Below, piece by piece: positions 1 through 37,093 of a stretch of 64,000 nucleotides of DNA. The notes beneath the pieces are model-generated. The model saw only the letters and a list, made by a program, of their open reading frames with translations. It had not been told where the DNA came from and searched no databases. Within the stretch, counting starts at the first letter, position 1. Each line of letters opens with the position of its first letter. The stretch covers positions 1,116,001 to 1,180,000 of the forward strand of contig CAVNZM010000015.1 in assembly GCA_963693365.1 (NCBI GenBank), given 5' to 3'. This DNA comes from Amoebidium appalachense. Lineage: Eukaryota > Protista > Ichthyosporea. Both the position numbers and the translations under genes were made by a program.

Positions 1-1
1 T

Positions 2-493
2 ATCAACACAACCATTTTTGGCTACCAAGTACGTGCGGTATTCCTTACACGTCCGCCAAGATATGTCATACTGCATGCGGAACGTCCAGATCATCCACAG
101 TTACTGCAACTCGATCCTGGCGAAGTTCCCATTTTTCCAATCACCCAACGGTTTGGAGTGGAAAGTACTCGCCATGAAATCAGAAAACAATACACAACAA
201 TAAAACGCACACAACTACCACTCACACCGGCATTTGCAATAACGGATTACAACTCTCAAGGTCGAGGAATGCACAGTGTTGGTCTTTGCCTTTCCGGAGC
301 CTGTCACCAGTCAGCATATGTACAATGCACTCGCATCCACAGTTGGAAGGAAAATATTTAATGTACATTTTGTCTGACTTTGACGTTAACAAGCTGTGTG
401 CGGAAAAGCCAAGTGATGCACTCCTCAGCTACTACAAAGCATTGGAAGAACAACAAGCTGCCACACTCCTAGAGTTACGCACCCGTGACACAT
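2..493 (+). pseudogene. C-terminal part of a PIF1-family (Helitron RepHel-like) helicase; frameshifted and truncated by the window start
   Basis: Frame 2 reads ...LDPGEVPIFPITQRF...IKRTQLPLTPAFAITDYNSQGRGMHSVGLCLSGACHQSAYVQCTRIHSW, matching the PIF1 C-terminal motifs (R.QFPL..AFAIT..KSQG; YVA.SR). After a frameshift near 345-360 it continues YILSDFDVNKLCAEKPSDALLSYYKALEEQQ up to a GTTAGT donor-like site at 494. Confidence 0.8.
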
Positions 494-663
494 GTTAGTC
501 CCCCCCCCCCCCCCCCCCCCCCCCCCGCCCCTTCCCCCCCCGCCCCCCTTACACACACACACACACACACACGCACACATACACACACACCGCCCTAACA
601 GTTCCGCACCTGCAATGCATGTTAGTTTTCCTCCCCCCTTCCCCCCCCCCCCCCCCCCCCCCC

Positions 664-694
<31 letters not shown>

Positions 695-929
695 TGCGCG
701 CGCGCAATCGATAAGACACATACTACAACACGCACTCTTCCCCTTCTCACCCATAACAAAAAATCGAAGACTAAATCCCCCCCCCCTTCCCTCCCCTCCT
801 CCCCCCCCCCTCCCCCCTCCCCCCCCCCCCCCCCTTTTTCCCTTTCCCATCCCCCTTTCCCTGTCCATATTATCTCTCACACACTTTTCCCGAAGTTCCA
901 AAATCTATGCTAATGCTTTTCTCACACAG

Positions 930-1327
930 ATACCCAACAACAAAATACAGCCAGAACCCTTTTCCGCAACTGTTCACAGCCATCAACACAGCTACCAAAC
1001 TCTGCAGGTATCTAATCCCCCCCCCCCCCCCCCCCGCCCCCCGCTCCCCCCCTCCCCCAATTTTAAGGACACCTTACGTGTCCCACAAGCCCACGTGCCC
1101 TTCATTGTAAGTGTACGTTTTGTATCCCTATGATCTGTTTTAGAGGCCTCACCTCTCCCTCTCCTCTTCTTGCCTTCCCCCTTGCCTTCTCCATATTATC
1201 CCTCACACTCTGAAAATTATACTAATGCTGTTCTTACACAGATGCCCAACAACAAAATGCAGCCGGAACCATTTTCCAAAACACACAGCCACCAACCTCT
1301 GCAGGTATCAAAAATCCCCCCCCCCCC

Positions 1328-1358
<31 letters not shown>

Positions 1359-1542
1359 ACATCCCTCCTCCCCCACACACATCTTCCCCCCCCCCCCCCC
1401 CCCAACATCCCTTCCTCCCCCACACACACTTCTACGTCTGTCTACATCCTATGCGTACCTACCATTAAATAATCTCTCGAACTACTCCTTCCCTCCCCCT
1501 TCCACCCTCCCTTTCCCTCCAAAAAAGAGAAATCTCATACAT

Positions 1543-1574
<32 letters not shown>

Positions 1575-1729
1575 TTCACTTTCAAAGAAATGAACGAAAG
1601 CAAAAGGGAAAAAAACAAAAAAAAACAAAAAAAACAAACAAAAAAACACTGACCTTCTTCTTCATGCAGATACCCAAAAACACCTCAAGTTATCCAACAG
1701 CCAAACCACACAGCAACCTTTCTCTGCAG
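930..1729 (+). repeat. Three paralogous symmetric mini-exons (930-1007, 1242-1304, 1670-1729)
   Basis: Each is preceded by a CTRAY branch motif and CAG, starts AT(A/G)CCCAA and ends CTCTGCAG|GTATC. Lengths are 78, 63 and 60 nt, all multiples of 3. Confidence 0.65.
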
Positions 1730-2140
1730 GTATCTCCCCCCCCCCCCCCCCCCCCCCCCCCTCCTCGGTCGACTTTTTTAACCGTTCAATTCTGTGTTTG
1801 TGTCGTAAATGCATTCAACCCCCACCTCTCACCCTTTCTCTTTCCCTCCAATCCCCTCATTAACAAGGAATTGTCCCCCCCCCCCCCCCCCCCTCCCCCC
1901 CCCCCCCCCCCCCCCCCGCCCCCCGAAGCCATATTCATGTTCTATGTTGTTGTTTGTCCTTGTTGCATACTCTTTCACCCCATTCTGAACCTCTCCCTCC
2001 CCCCTTCCCCCCCCCCCCCCCCCCCCCTTATGCCATAAAAGGCTCTGTCACGAACTCCTCTCTCCCTATGTTCACTCCAGACCTACAGAAAAATATCCTA
2101 CTCCCCTCTCTGTTTCCTATATCCCTTATTTCCGTTACCT

Positions 2141-2381
2141 AACAATTGCCTTCCCCTTCCCCTTCCCGTTCCTAGGGCTGCTCCCCACCTCTCTCCCTCC
2201 TTCCTTCAATTTCTCATATTTACCACTCAGTGTCTAGCAAAGATCAAATTGTGGTACCGTTTTGGGTAACGATTGCCTCTCCCTTCCCCTTTCCGTTTCC
2301 AAAATTCCTTTCCCCTCCTTCAATTTTTCTTAGATTTCTTACCACCCAGTGTCCCCCGAAGATCAAATTGTGGTACCGTTT
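2141..2381. repeat. Imperfect ~120-bp tandem duplication including an acceptor-like site
   Basis: Two copies of aac(a/g)attgcc...cttcaattt...cagtgtc...aagatcaaattgtggtaccgttt, at about 2141-2263 and 2268-2381. Confidence 0.7.
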
Positions 2382-2958
2382 CCACAACGTTGCATTCCAA
2401 CTCGCCGAGTTTGGAACCGAGGAGGAGGCAACTGCTTCTTCTATGCAGCAAACGTCAACCGCACACATTATTTTACTGTTCTACGACATGCAATTCAAAC
2501 ACAGCCAGAAATCCGTCCACTTCTCCAACATGTATATGAAGAGTATGCTGTACAACTTAGACGTATTCCCCCATCCTTCATAGCTTCGTCTCTTTTCCAA
2601 CAGTACCCTAATTTGGAAAATATCGCTAGGCAATATGCACACAACAATCAACAACAAAGAGCACATTTTGGATCAACAATTTGACGGAGCTCCGAGTGAA
2701 ATCATAGACCGAGAAATGAGAAATGGCTTTCAAGCATACTTTCGTGTTTTTTCAAACCCAACAGTATACATGGAAGATATCACACTGTTTTGTGCCGTTA
2801 CACAAACCCATATTCTCGTTCATACAGTGCATCCCGATTTCCCTGCATTCACACATTACGGTCCATCTATACCTGAAGCAGCAAGAACAATAGCCATGCA
2901 CATGACAATTGATCCCTATAGTCAACACTTCGAGGAACTACGGCCCGTCCCTATGTGA
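2349..2958 (+). pseudogene. OTU-family cysteine protease domain, split by a frameshift
   Basis: ORF 2349-2684 has RGGGNCFFYA (OTU Cys box, GDGNCxFxA-like). The overlapping ORF 2635-2958 has YMEDITLFCAVTQTHILVH and IAMHMTIDPYSQHFEEL (His box). Confidence 0.65.
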
Positions 2959-4641
2959 ACGTATCACTGAAGCACGTACTGTAAAAGAACCCACAGAGAA
3001 AATAAACGCTGAATTCCAACTTCCTTCCATTGAGGATCGACATGTGCCCTGTGTGTCCCCTCCCCTTCCCCTTCCCCTCCCCCTGCCCCTGCCCGGGACG
3101 GCGCAGCCTGAGGGAGTGGGAGAGGGGAAAGAGAGAGAGGGGGGGGAGAAAGGGGAAGAGAAAAAGCCCCAGCGCTCGCGAGTATGAACTGCCAGCGTGT
3201 CGTTTCCTCGCGAACCTTAGAACCGAGGTTGGGCTGTATATCGAGGGGGGTCCCCACCGAGATAATTTATGGTGAAGAATCAGGAAAAAAAGTTTACGTG
3301 ACAGCTAAGAGATCGAAGTGAAAGTGAAGTACCCCAGTACGGTACTCTGTGTCCGATGATCCATGCACGCACCGGGTGCCACCGACAGAAAAAAATCTGT
3401 CTGCCATATATGGCCTAGAGGCCCAAATAAGGGTAAAGAATATTTTATTTAATCCAATCAGATGGCTGCATGTTATCAATTCTAATCAGTTCTCCCCCTT
3501 TCAAGCAACTTCGCTGCGGAACTTGGCGGAATGTTTTTGGTTCGTGTCGAATATTAATTCTCCTGGCACGTCCTATATTCCTACTTTTTTTATTGCTTTA
3601 TAATAAAAAAAATATACATGCTTTTTTCTGTTTTGTTTTGGTATGTAGCTGTGCCCTCTAAAAGCCGTTGTATGTACGAAAAGTGGCGCTGGCTACGTCA
3701 TCGTTTCTCCTTGAAAAATAAGAGCTACATCGAAAGGGAGCGGTAAGCTCTGCTCAGTTGTTCTTCCAGCGATTCCAGAGCATAACTTGGTACTCTTACA
3801 ATTGGACATCTTGGCAAACATCAGGCTGACCTTCGAGTTCTGTTGAGCTCTTCCTAGAAGTGGAAGGTAGGTCCAGAATAATAACATCTAGCAGGTAGCT
3901 AAAAGAGCACGTTCACTATGACGCGAACAAGCCACTCTACTCTACATCACCACCTCTTTTTCATGAATCCCTTTCTTCCGGCTGTCGTTGCGGCTTCTAT
4001 CTCCTCTCCGCCCCCCTTCCCCCCTCCCCCCCCCCCCCCCCCCCCCGAGGCTCCTTCTCCCCCAACCTCCCCCCCGCCCTCCCCCTCCCCCGCCCTCCCC
4101 CGCCCTCCTCTCCTCCGCTTCTTCCCCCCCTACCCCCCTCCCCCCCTCTCTCCCCCACCCCCTTCCCCCGGTTGCTTAAGCTAATTCAACTCCTCTGTAT
4201 ATTCGCCCCACCTCACACACACACAAGTTCCCACTTTTTTTCTGCCACCTATGATATGATTGAGTCGCAACCACTGTTGAAACGCCTCAAGGAGAGTACA
4301 ACTTTACCCCAGCCTCTCTTTATCTCTCCCTCCCCCTCTGCCTCACTCTCTTGTGTACACCTACTTTCCCGAGCCGACTGTCGCGAACAACTTCTTCTTC
4401 ACCCTGCTAGCGCTTGTGCCTTATTAATCGTGCCTCACGCAAGCCATTTCTGACCCATCATCACTATGATCTTCAGGCTACGTGTACACACATGCTTGGT
4501 AAAATAGACCACGACTTTGAGTTATGAAGCCAACAGCACCCAAGTTCTTGGTTTGAGGTTTCTCCTAGTTATGCCTTCCACATTTGCCACGGACCAAAAT
4601 TTTGATCTTCTTGCAGCTTGCCAGCAGGACACAACAGCAAG

Positions 4642-28184
<23,543 letters not shown>

Positions 28185-28276
28185 GAATCAAGGTCTAAAT
28201 CGAACAAATTTAGAAAGTAAGAAATGTGTCGTCGTGATTGCTTATGGGTTTTGTGATGGGGGAATGGGGTTGCACG

Positions 28277-28311
<35 letters not shown>

Positions 28312-28408
28312 GGAGGGGGGGAGGGGGGGGAGGGGGGAGGGGGGGGGGGGGGGGTTGCTTTAGAACCGGTTTCAAGGGTTGGGTTTTGATGTTGTGTGTG
28401 TGGTGTTT

Positions 28409-28510
<102 letters not shown>

Positions 28511-30087
28511 TGTTGCTGTTGTTTTTTTTTGTGACACTCTTAGATACGATTCTGGGTTCGTCGGTAAATTTATCTGGTTTTGCTAAGACACTACCGGAGC
28601 TTAGAGTAAGAGTAGAGACGAAAGAAGAGAAGAATAAGTAAGACACTGCCCAAGGAGCTAATATTAGGTTTACCGATGTGTTTCGGCATATCGAATAGAT
28701 TGCTCTGGACGCACCAGGCATGCTGCATTGAACATTGTGATATACTTGTCGGTGTCGATGATTTAAATTAAATTCTTGGATATATTTGCATTGGACGCTT
28801 AAGCGATGAAGAGTAAATCTATATAGCATTAGTGTGTTTCTTCTATCTTATCAAATGATATAAAGAGTATGAACTCTCCATTAGTTCTTAGAAATGCTTA
28901 TTCCCGGAATCGGTGCTTGACGCGCAGTAATTGTGTAACAGGGCTGATGCACGGTTAAAAAAAACTCCTGGGTTATGTTGTTTTTCAGCCTAGGTGATTT
29001 ATAATTTGTAATTTTCAAGCAGGAAGTACATACAAGTGGCACTAGCGACAGAATGTGTGAAGCACCACTATGCTACATGGCACTATACTAAAGTCAGTTC
29101 TTAGAATTTTGTTGATCCAACCTCGATATCAGTGGTTGTGTGTTTGCGGATTTTTCATGGTATTTCCTGGTAATTTTAAGATTATTTGCTGGTACTAAAT
29201 TTACTGTTATGTTCACAAAAGTAACTGGTTGGCAAGTTTGATATTAGTAGTAATAATAGTAGAACCCCACAACACGAAAACAAGCCATCTCCAACTAATT
29301 GCCAGAATAAATGTTGATTTGGAGCGCGCTAGTTGGCCCAGGGGTGTTTTCTTCAGTGCATGAAATTCTATTAGAAGACGTTCCCCCCCCCCCCCCCCCC
29401 CCTCCCCTCCCCCTCCCTCTGCGGAGGAACTATACATCCACCGACGTCCATCGACCATATTACATAATTTTGGGCTTGTCTACTTTGACATTAGAGAGGT
29501 CATGAATATTGGTTTGTGGGGGTTGCAGCTGCAGCTGATGTTGCGACCGTTACGCTATGATCATGAGCGCCATTCACACAGGGGCAAAAAATGAACGCTT
29601 CTTTAGAACTATTATCATGGCCAATGGGAGTTCTTTGAAAGTAGTATTGCAAAAAACACTGTACTCTTTGGGGGGGGGGGGGGGAGGGGGGGGGGGGGGA
29701 TGGTACAGTTTCTGGAGATAGTGAGGCTCTCGAGTATAGCATCTATAGTAAATCTTCATTTCAAATTGCACACAATATGCCACCAGCATGAAAGCTTCTC
29801 ATGGATAATGATGCACGATGTCTTTTTGACGGTAAATAGGTGTTACGAATACTATCCGAGAGACCTTTACTATCTATATTACTTCGAGTAAACAGCGTAA
29901 ACCCCCGCGGGTGCGTATATACTATGTATAGCCTACCCATAACTCGGCAGTTCTCGACACGCAATGGTACGCGAGTGATGTGAAGAATGTACTGCATATG
30001 CAAAACAACAAAAAAAGTAGGAATCTGGGTTTGAAAGCAGAGCAGAAGCATGTGTTTACGTGTCAACATATTTATCATTGTTAGCAT

Positions 30088-30149
<62 letters not shown>

Positions 30150-30369
30150 CTGCTGCTGCTGCTGTGTGGGTGTGTGTGTGCGTGTGTGTGTGTGTGTGGG
30201 TGTGTGTGCGTGGGTGTGGGTGTGGGTGTGTGCATGCACACACACGTTGTGTGTGTGCGCGCGCGGGTATATGTATGCGTCATATGCGTGCAAAATGTTT
30301 TTCTCTAAGGGGTGGGGGGGTTCACGTATGCTTCCCCACATGTTCCAAACACCGGAGGCCCCGGGGGAC

Positions 30370-30401
<32 letters not shown>

Positions 30402-30440
30402 GAGGGGGGAGAGGGGGGGGAAGGGGGGGGGGGGGGAGAA

Positions 30441-30482
<42 letters not shown>

Positions 30483-31034
30483 ATTGTAGCAGTTTGGCTT
30501 GTGCAGTTCCTACGTACTATGTACTACTAGGGGACCCGGAAACTTGCATCGTGTTAACGTTCCTACTAATCACAATATTGATGGTTGGTGTACTGTAATA
30601 GACATGCCGTCAGCTAGCTAAACAAAGCCCACAGTATAGTAATGGTGCGGATACGTTCTCTAACTAATGCAAGAATCCGTACGTGCAACCTCAAACTAAG
30701 AAGACTTCGGCTCGTGTGCACAGTGCACGTGATGCGTCGAACATGCGCATTCTTGGATGTCAACAACAAAAAAGCTGCCGGCGTGGCTGGGGTAGTAGCC
30801 CTGGGCAAAGTGTGTACTTATAGTTAGGTTGTGAAGGATGGTTTAGCTTAGCTGAACTCATAGATAGCACCTTAACTAGTGTACTGTCGGTGCTGTGTGG
30901 TAGACGGTAATTTCCCTAGAGGGCTCCGGGAACAAAACGTGATAAATAAAAAAAATAAATAATAAAAAGGATGTCAACAAAATTCGCTCCATTTAAAACA
31001 ATCACGCCTATGGTTGGTCAATTGCATTAGACCA

Positions 31035-32261
31035 TGTGACGTAGATATACATCGAGTCACCCCAGACACGGAAGCCCCCCAGATCAATAAACATCACGAT
31101 GTAAATGGGGCTTCCGGGACCTGGCGTCCTCAGTCTTTTCCTTGTCCAAAACTTATTTCTTGTCAACGAAAGCTGTGACCATCCCTCCCCCATCCGACTT
31201 TCATCCGTGTTCAAATTCATATTCCCATCACATTTCGATGTCGCATGGTAGCAGAAAAGGAAGGTCTCCCTCGGGGGTAACCAGGAAAACACGCTTCCAC
31301 ACGCGCGCTCTGCTAGCATGCTACGATAGCTCATTTTTACGGACGGATGGTCACAGCAGTCCACGGATAACTACGGATACACGAGGATGCATTTGCTTAC
31401 TTATTCGGACGTCGCCCCGCAATGAGGCCATTTTTTTGCAACAGCCATATCATTTTTCATATTGTAGCACACACAACTCGTTTTTCGCACCAGCCCATTT
31501 CTCATGAGCGCATCATCTTTTCCCATTTTCCACACACGACCACACAGTGATCGGCAAGTTTTGATCCTGATACTTTGTGCGTATAAGCAAAGCACGAGAA
31601 ACGCCACCCCCGTGTGCTGCTAATCCCGCATAATGGGTGCCGGCCAGACACTAAGCCCAGCACACGTTTGCCGGAGGGTGTGAGTCTCGGGCTTTGCTTA
31701 TGCCCACACAATGGTTAAGATCACTACCTGACGATCACTAGAGTCGTGTGTTTTCCTTCAGTCTGAACAGCCGTCGTTTGCGCAAACTACGTGTATATAC
31801 CCAATCACGATATATTTCAACATGTACATCCGAAGATCTATGTCTGCTTCTCACTCTTGCTCGCCTCTGCTTACATGTTTTGCTTTTGTGTTGTGTACCC
31901 ACGTGAGGTCATCCTCAGAGGCACTGCAGCCCGCCCACGTGTGGTTAGGGGATGGCTTGGAGGTTTGCCTGTCCCTGCCATACACTGTGACGCCCCCCCT
32001 ACCCCTAGTAGTATGCATCCACATGCTTATATGTTTGCACCCACGTACTAGCCTTATCCATGTGTGAGGACACACACTATCCTTCTCTTGTGCGCTTAAC
32101 ATGTGACGTAGATATACATCGAGTCACCCCAGACACGGAAGCCCCCCAGATCAATAAACATCACGATGTAAATGGGGCTTCCGGGACCTGGCGTCCTCCC
32201 CTCCCCCATCCGACTTTCATCCGTGTTCAAATTCATATTCCCATCACATTTCGATGTCGCA
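31035..32261 (+). mobile_element. Non-coding LTR retroelement derivative (TRIM-like): LTRs at 31035-31245 and 32102-32261, PBS at 31246-31255
   Basis: Direct repeats TGTGAC...GTCGCA, identical apart from a 51-bp indel, with AATAAA inside. The first is followed immediately by TGGTAGCAGA, complementary to the 3' end of eukaryotic tRNA-iMet. No polypurine tract or TSD seen. Confidence 0.7.
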
Positions 32262-34322
32262 CCAGGCCAAACTAAAAATCCCATTGGTCTAAATCATATT
32301 CCTTTGTATCCAATCAAAACATCGCGGTGCGCGCTACGCCAATAGAAATCATGACAGTTATGATGTTGTCACGGTCTGCGAAAGAAAAACAAACAGTACC
32401 GGCAAAGCCCGGAAGGCGAAATTTCCAGCTAAAAAGCTTGTAAAGCATAAGTGCAAACACTGCAATGAAATTTATTGTTAACAATTTACACAATAATACT
32501 ATGACAGCATCTAAGTATGTGCACGTTTGTGTACTTGCACGTTCATCCTTGCCAAGTTGGCTGTTACAAGCAGTACTGAATGCAGGCACTGCGTAGCTGC
32601 ATGAAGCTACACATGCTATTAGTGCTCCGTAGTATACGTGTAAACCCACCTATTAGATCAAAATCCACGTATTTTTTAGGTTCAGTAGGTGAACAAATAG
32701 CAACTTCACATACATGCGGTCTGGTGTTTACTTTTTAAATATTACTTTTTTTCATGAAGGAGGGGGGGGAGGGGGATGGGGGAGAGGGGTCTGCATCTGT
32801 TACAGTATGGTAGTGATCAGTAGCTACGGGGACCGCGGTACCACACTTGCAACATGTGTACCGTACTAGCTACTTTAGTCGCACATGTATGTAAAGGACT
32901 GGAGTTGGCACACGCACACACCAGCCGAAAACACCAGTGGCTTTACTTTGTTTATCTATGACTCATAAGAGTGCCGTGATCCCTCACGTGCTTGTCAGCT
33001 GCGCAGGCGCCGGCGTACATGTGACTGTACACAATCCGTGCTAAATGCACACCTGCCCACGCACGCTCAAGTTCTTGTGACTGCCGAGCCTCGACGCGTT
33101 CGCGTGGCGGACGTCTGTTACAGAAGCATCTCCCAGTCAGCCGAGATGTACTGTGACAGTTACATAACTCTATTCTTTAGTTTTATGTGATGCTTGTTTC
33201 TTCTGTATACACTGTTACGCTTTACTAATAGGTCTTTTGCCACGTGTTCGTGCGCGCGAAGGAGGACAGAGCACGTGTTTTCCAAAACGTGAATGAAGCC
33301 TTTTTAGTTGTGTTTTAGAAGCAGACGAATGTTATGATCGTGACAGGAGTGACACTAATTAATGACAACACGACAACCACACGACGTGCAAACAATACCC
33401 TTAGCTGCAGTTGCACACCGTAGACTGGTTTCTAAAAAAAAACATTTTTTTTTCCCCCCCCTTTGGAACGCAGTATTGTAGAGCATACGTTTCAACGAGC
33501 TTGCGCAAGCACCAATATTGGCAAGTGCCTAAACTGTCACAGGAGAGAATGTAACATGGTAAACATAACCTCGGACAATTTGCTCAATATACTAGCCCAC
33601 CCATCTCCACACACATAAGAGATCGAGACATAAATTACGTTCAAATCTTTTGAAGGAACACCAGGCTGTTTTGTAGACGGTATAACAGCACGAATCAAAA
33701 AGCTGACGTTTAAAATTTTGCTACCAGGGGTGTCTAAATAAGACACACAAAATAGACACGCACATGTATGTCATCGGAACACACGCACAGACTGCCGTGG
33801 TATTAGCATGGGCTGTATGGTTTCAGGCGAACGTTTTCTCAATTGTGCACGTGTGTTCCTACGCATTCTATTCACAATAGGCACCTATCAACCAGGAGTC
33901 TAAGGCCTCCGCATGCACATATCCTAGCAGCACCCAAGAAGGTTGCAAAGGCCGCAAATATTCAAGAGGTCTCAGCTCAGAAAATATTTTTGTTCTCCTG
34001 TTACAGGTCCACCTTCAGCAACCAACCTAAAAAGTTCTTTTTAACCTAACTTAGTTTTCGTGATTTTTCGAAGTAAGTCGACTGCAAGGATCGATTGCTG
34101 CATGCTCTTATAAATCACTCTTGCGACTAGCTAACTTGAAGGTATGTATGTACCCCCCTAACGTTACTTGACAGTTTCACGAATTTTCATGCTGTATCAA
34201 AACTTGTATCATGCGCGCATTGCTGAAACACATCGAAATCATCCATGCTCTTAATCCAATGTCCAACCCTCCCTCCCCCCCCCCCCCCCCCCCCCCTGTC
34301 CCCCCCCCCCCCCCCTCCCCCC

Positions 34323-34360
<38 letters not shown>

Positions 34361-35003
34361 CCCCCCCCTTCTGCATGTCTTGCTCCTTTGTGTACCATTT
34401 ATCGTCCCTGTCTTCTGGCATCCCCAAAAAATTTCCTTGAAGTTCACATTCGAAAAAGGAAAACGGATATATCTAGTTTTTAGGCGAGGGCATCGGGCAT
34501 AAGAGAAGTAGAAACAACGAAAATGTAAATGCAAGAGGAAAAACGGTGGATGGAAGATAACTACACCAAGTTCCTAGTGCAATATATGTATGAAAGCACT
34601 GCCAGTAAGACTCCCAGAATTTGCACGGTTTCAGATTCTTTACCATCCACTCATCCGATTTAGGAACTAATTAGGAAAAGCACCATCTGATATAGATCTC
34701 AATACTTCATAGATACTTTAGACGCCGGCTTGCCAACCCCACTAATCTTCTGATCATTTGTGGATATGTTTTGCTTTCAAAGTCACGCGGTAGGCAGGTG
34801 GTTCAGACGTGCTCATAAAAAAAATGAAAGAAAGAGAACAGAAAAGAAAAAAGAAAAAAAGAAAAAAAAGAAGAAAAAAAAGAAAAAAAAAGGAAAAGGA
34901 AAAGGAAAAGGAAAAGGAAAGAAAAGAAGGAGAAAAAAAAGGAGTTGCTCTCACACATAGTTACACATTTCATCCAATCACAGGGCATTTCCTTGCGCCA
35001 AAT

Positions 35004-35512
35004 ATGGCAGTTGAATCCCCCACGGCATTGGTCTGCCTCGTGACCTCCACCCCACTTCTCACCGCCATGTCGTTTCTTTACATCGTTCGCGTGCGGACGT
35101 ATCCGATTCGCTGCCAGTGGCCGGGTCATCTTATCTCTATCATCCCATTCGTTACTTTTTTTAGTATTATTCCATGCGTAAAACGATTGGATCCTGGGGG
35201 GCTACCAAGACCTTTATACGACATGCTTGTTTTGACCTGTGCAACGTATATGGTGACTGTTGTGTGTATGAGGTGTTGGAAGTTGTTTATCAATTATTAC
35301 TTTAATGTTAAGCTGCTACGGTTGAGAGCTGATGCGGTATGCTTAAGATCCCCCCCCCTCCCCCCCTTTCCCCTTTCCTCTCTTCCTCCGCCATTTAACG
35401 TACATACCACATTGCCTCCCTCCTCCTCCCCCTCTCGGCACACACACACACACAAACACACAGACACATACACACACACACACACACATACACATGCATG
35501 CACGCATGCACG

Positions 35513-35545
<33 letters not shown>

Positions 35546-35626
35546 ACACGCACGCACACACATGCGTGCGCGCACACACACGCTCGCACACACACACACA
35601 CACACGCACGCACACACACGCGCGTG

Positions 35627-35679
<53 letters not shown>

Positions 35680-36365
35680 GCGCGCGCACACAAACACACA
35701 AAAACACACGTGCATAAAACCAAAGGCAAAAAGAAAAAAAGAGAAAATAAACTGAGAAAAGAAAAAAACAAAAAAGAAGGAAAAGTAAACGAAGAAAAGG
35801 TTATGCCTGAGAGATGTGGGTGTGCACACAGCGGTACATGGTTTGTGATAACCACGTGCGCAGTAGATGAGTCACGTGATAGTTGCCAACACGTGCCAAG
35901 CACTCGCGCACCAATAAGCATGCACACACGCGACACACACGTTCACATCATGCACAAACACATTAAAACTACACATGCAACCACTAATCGCACCACAAAA
36001 GAAATTCAACCACAACCACAGCCTGCCAATTCACCCATTTTCATTGCATTGACAACTCCACAAACCACCAATCGCATTCAACCATTATCTTTAATAGTTT
36101 TTTTAAATTCCAGGAGGTGTCTTCAACCAATCATGTTCGTCGTGCCACGTGGCACAGTCTTCCCATGTGGTTGAGGCTCTGCCATTGGTTCTTTGCTGCG
36201 GGAATTCTCTGGGTGGCTACGGCCGCACTGTTGCTATTCTGGCTGCTCACGTGCAACATGCTCGGGTAGGTGCTTTAAAACACGTTAAAAGTCTGATAGA
36301 ATTTAATTTAAGCGGGGGTTAACCACTTTGGGGAGGAGGGAGGGGGAAATAAATGCCCCCCCCCC

Positions 36366-36396
<31 letters not shown>

Positions 36397-36448
36397 ACGT
36401 GCGCATCTTTTTTACCTACCACTGCCGAGAATTACGTATCATAGAAAA

Positions 36449-36479
<31 letters not shown>

Positions 36480-37042
36480 ATGGCGGGTCTGCAGTCCTTC
36501 CTTTCTCCCAGTTTCCTGCTCGTATGTGAGGAAACAACAGAGCTGGGAGGAGGATGGGGTCCAAAACCCGTTTACAATTTCCGGGGGGGGGGGGGGGGGG
36601 GGGGGGGGGTGGCTATGGGAACAAAATATATGATAAAGCTGACTGTCTATTGGTGGATCGCAGAGTCAACAAACTGATGTTACCCGATCAGGAGCACCCA
36701 TTTTCAAGAGCGGTGCTTCTTGCGATCTGCGGATTTAATACGGCAAACATTCTAATATTCGCTGTTTTAATCTACCATGTAACCAATCGAATGGACTCGT
36801 TAAATATTACGCGACAGCTCCTATTCGCCGGACTGATGATGGGGGTGCCTGGGGTTGGGTGGATGTTGACTCACGCCAACCCAAATTGGGAAATTGTGGG
36901 GGGTTTTGATATGAGGTTGATCTTGGGGGAAATAATGTGGCTAGGGGGATGGACGTCCCTCGTGGGATGGCCGGTTTATCAATCGTACAGGTCGGTGTGT
37001 GTGTGTGCGTGTGTGTATGTGTGTGTGTGTGTGTGTGTGTGC

Positions 37043-37093
<51 letters not shown>

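Larger units (their letters stand above)
2..2958 (+). mobile_element. Decayed Helitron-like rolling-circle transposon (helicase tail + mini-exons + OTU domain)
   Basis: PIF1-type helicase and OTU protease remnants lie on the same strand and both are frameshifted; this combination is known from Helitron/Helentron elements. No canonical hairpin + CTRR 3' end was found. Confidence 0.6.

Noticed and set aside
602-620. 19-nt micro-exon (CTAACAG|...|GTTAGT)
   Set aside because: Would shift the frame of the phase-1 exon chain; cannot be supported without reads.
3294-3360. HUH-like peptide EYRTGVLHFHFDLL on the minus strand, near the Helitron relic
   Set aside because: Opposite strand and downstream of the helicase, followed by stops, with no catalytic Tyr motif; probably chance.
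3403-3420. GCCATATATGGC palindrome followed by CTAG as a Helitron 3' end
   Set aside because: No spacer between hairpin and CTAG and the next base is A, not T; does not fit the canonical end.
3693-3887. 64-aa minus-strand ORF in complex sequence
   Set aside because: No recognisable motif or splice-linked continuation.
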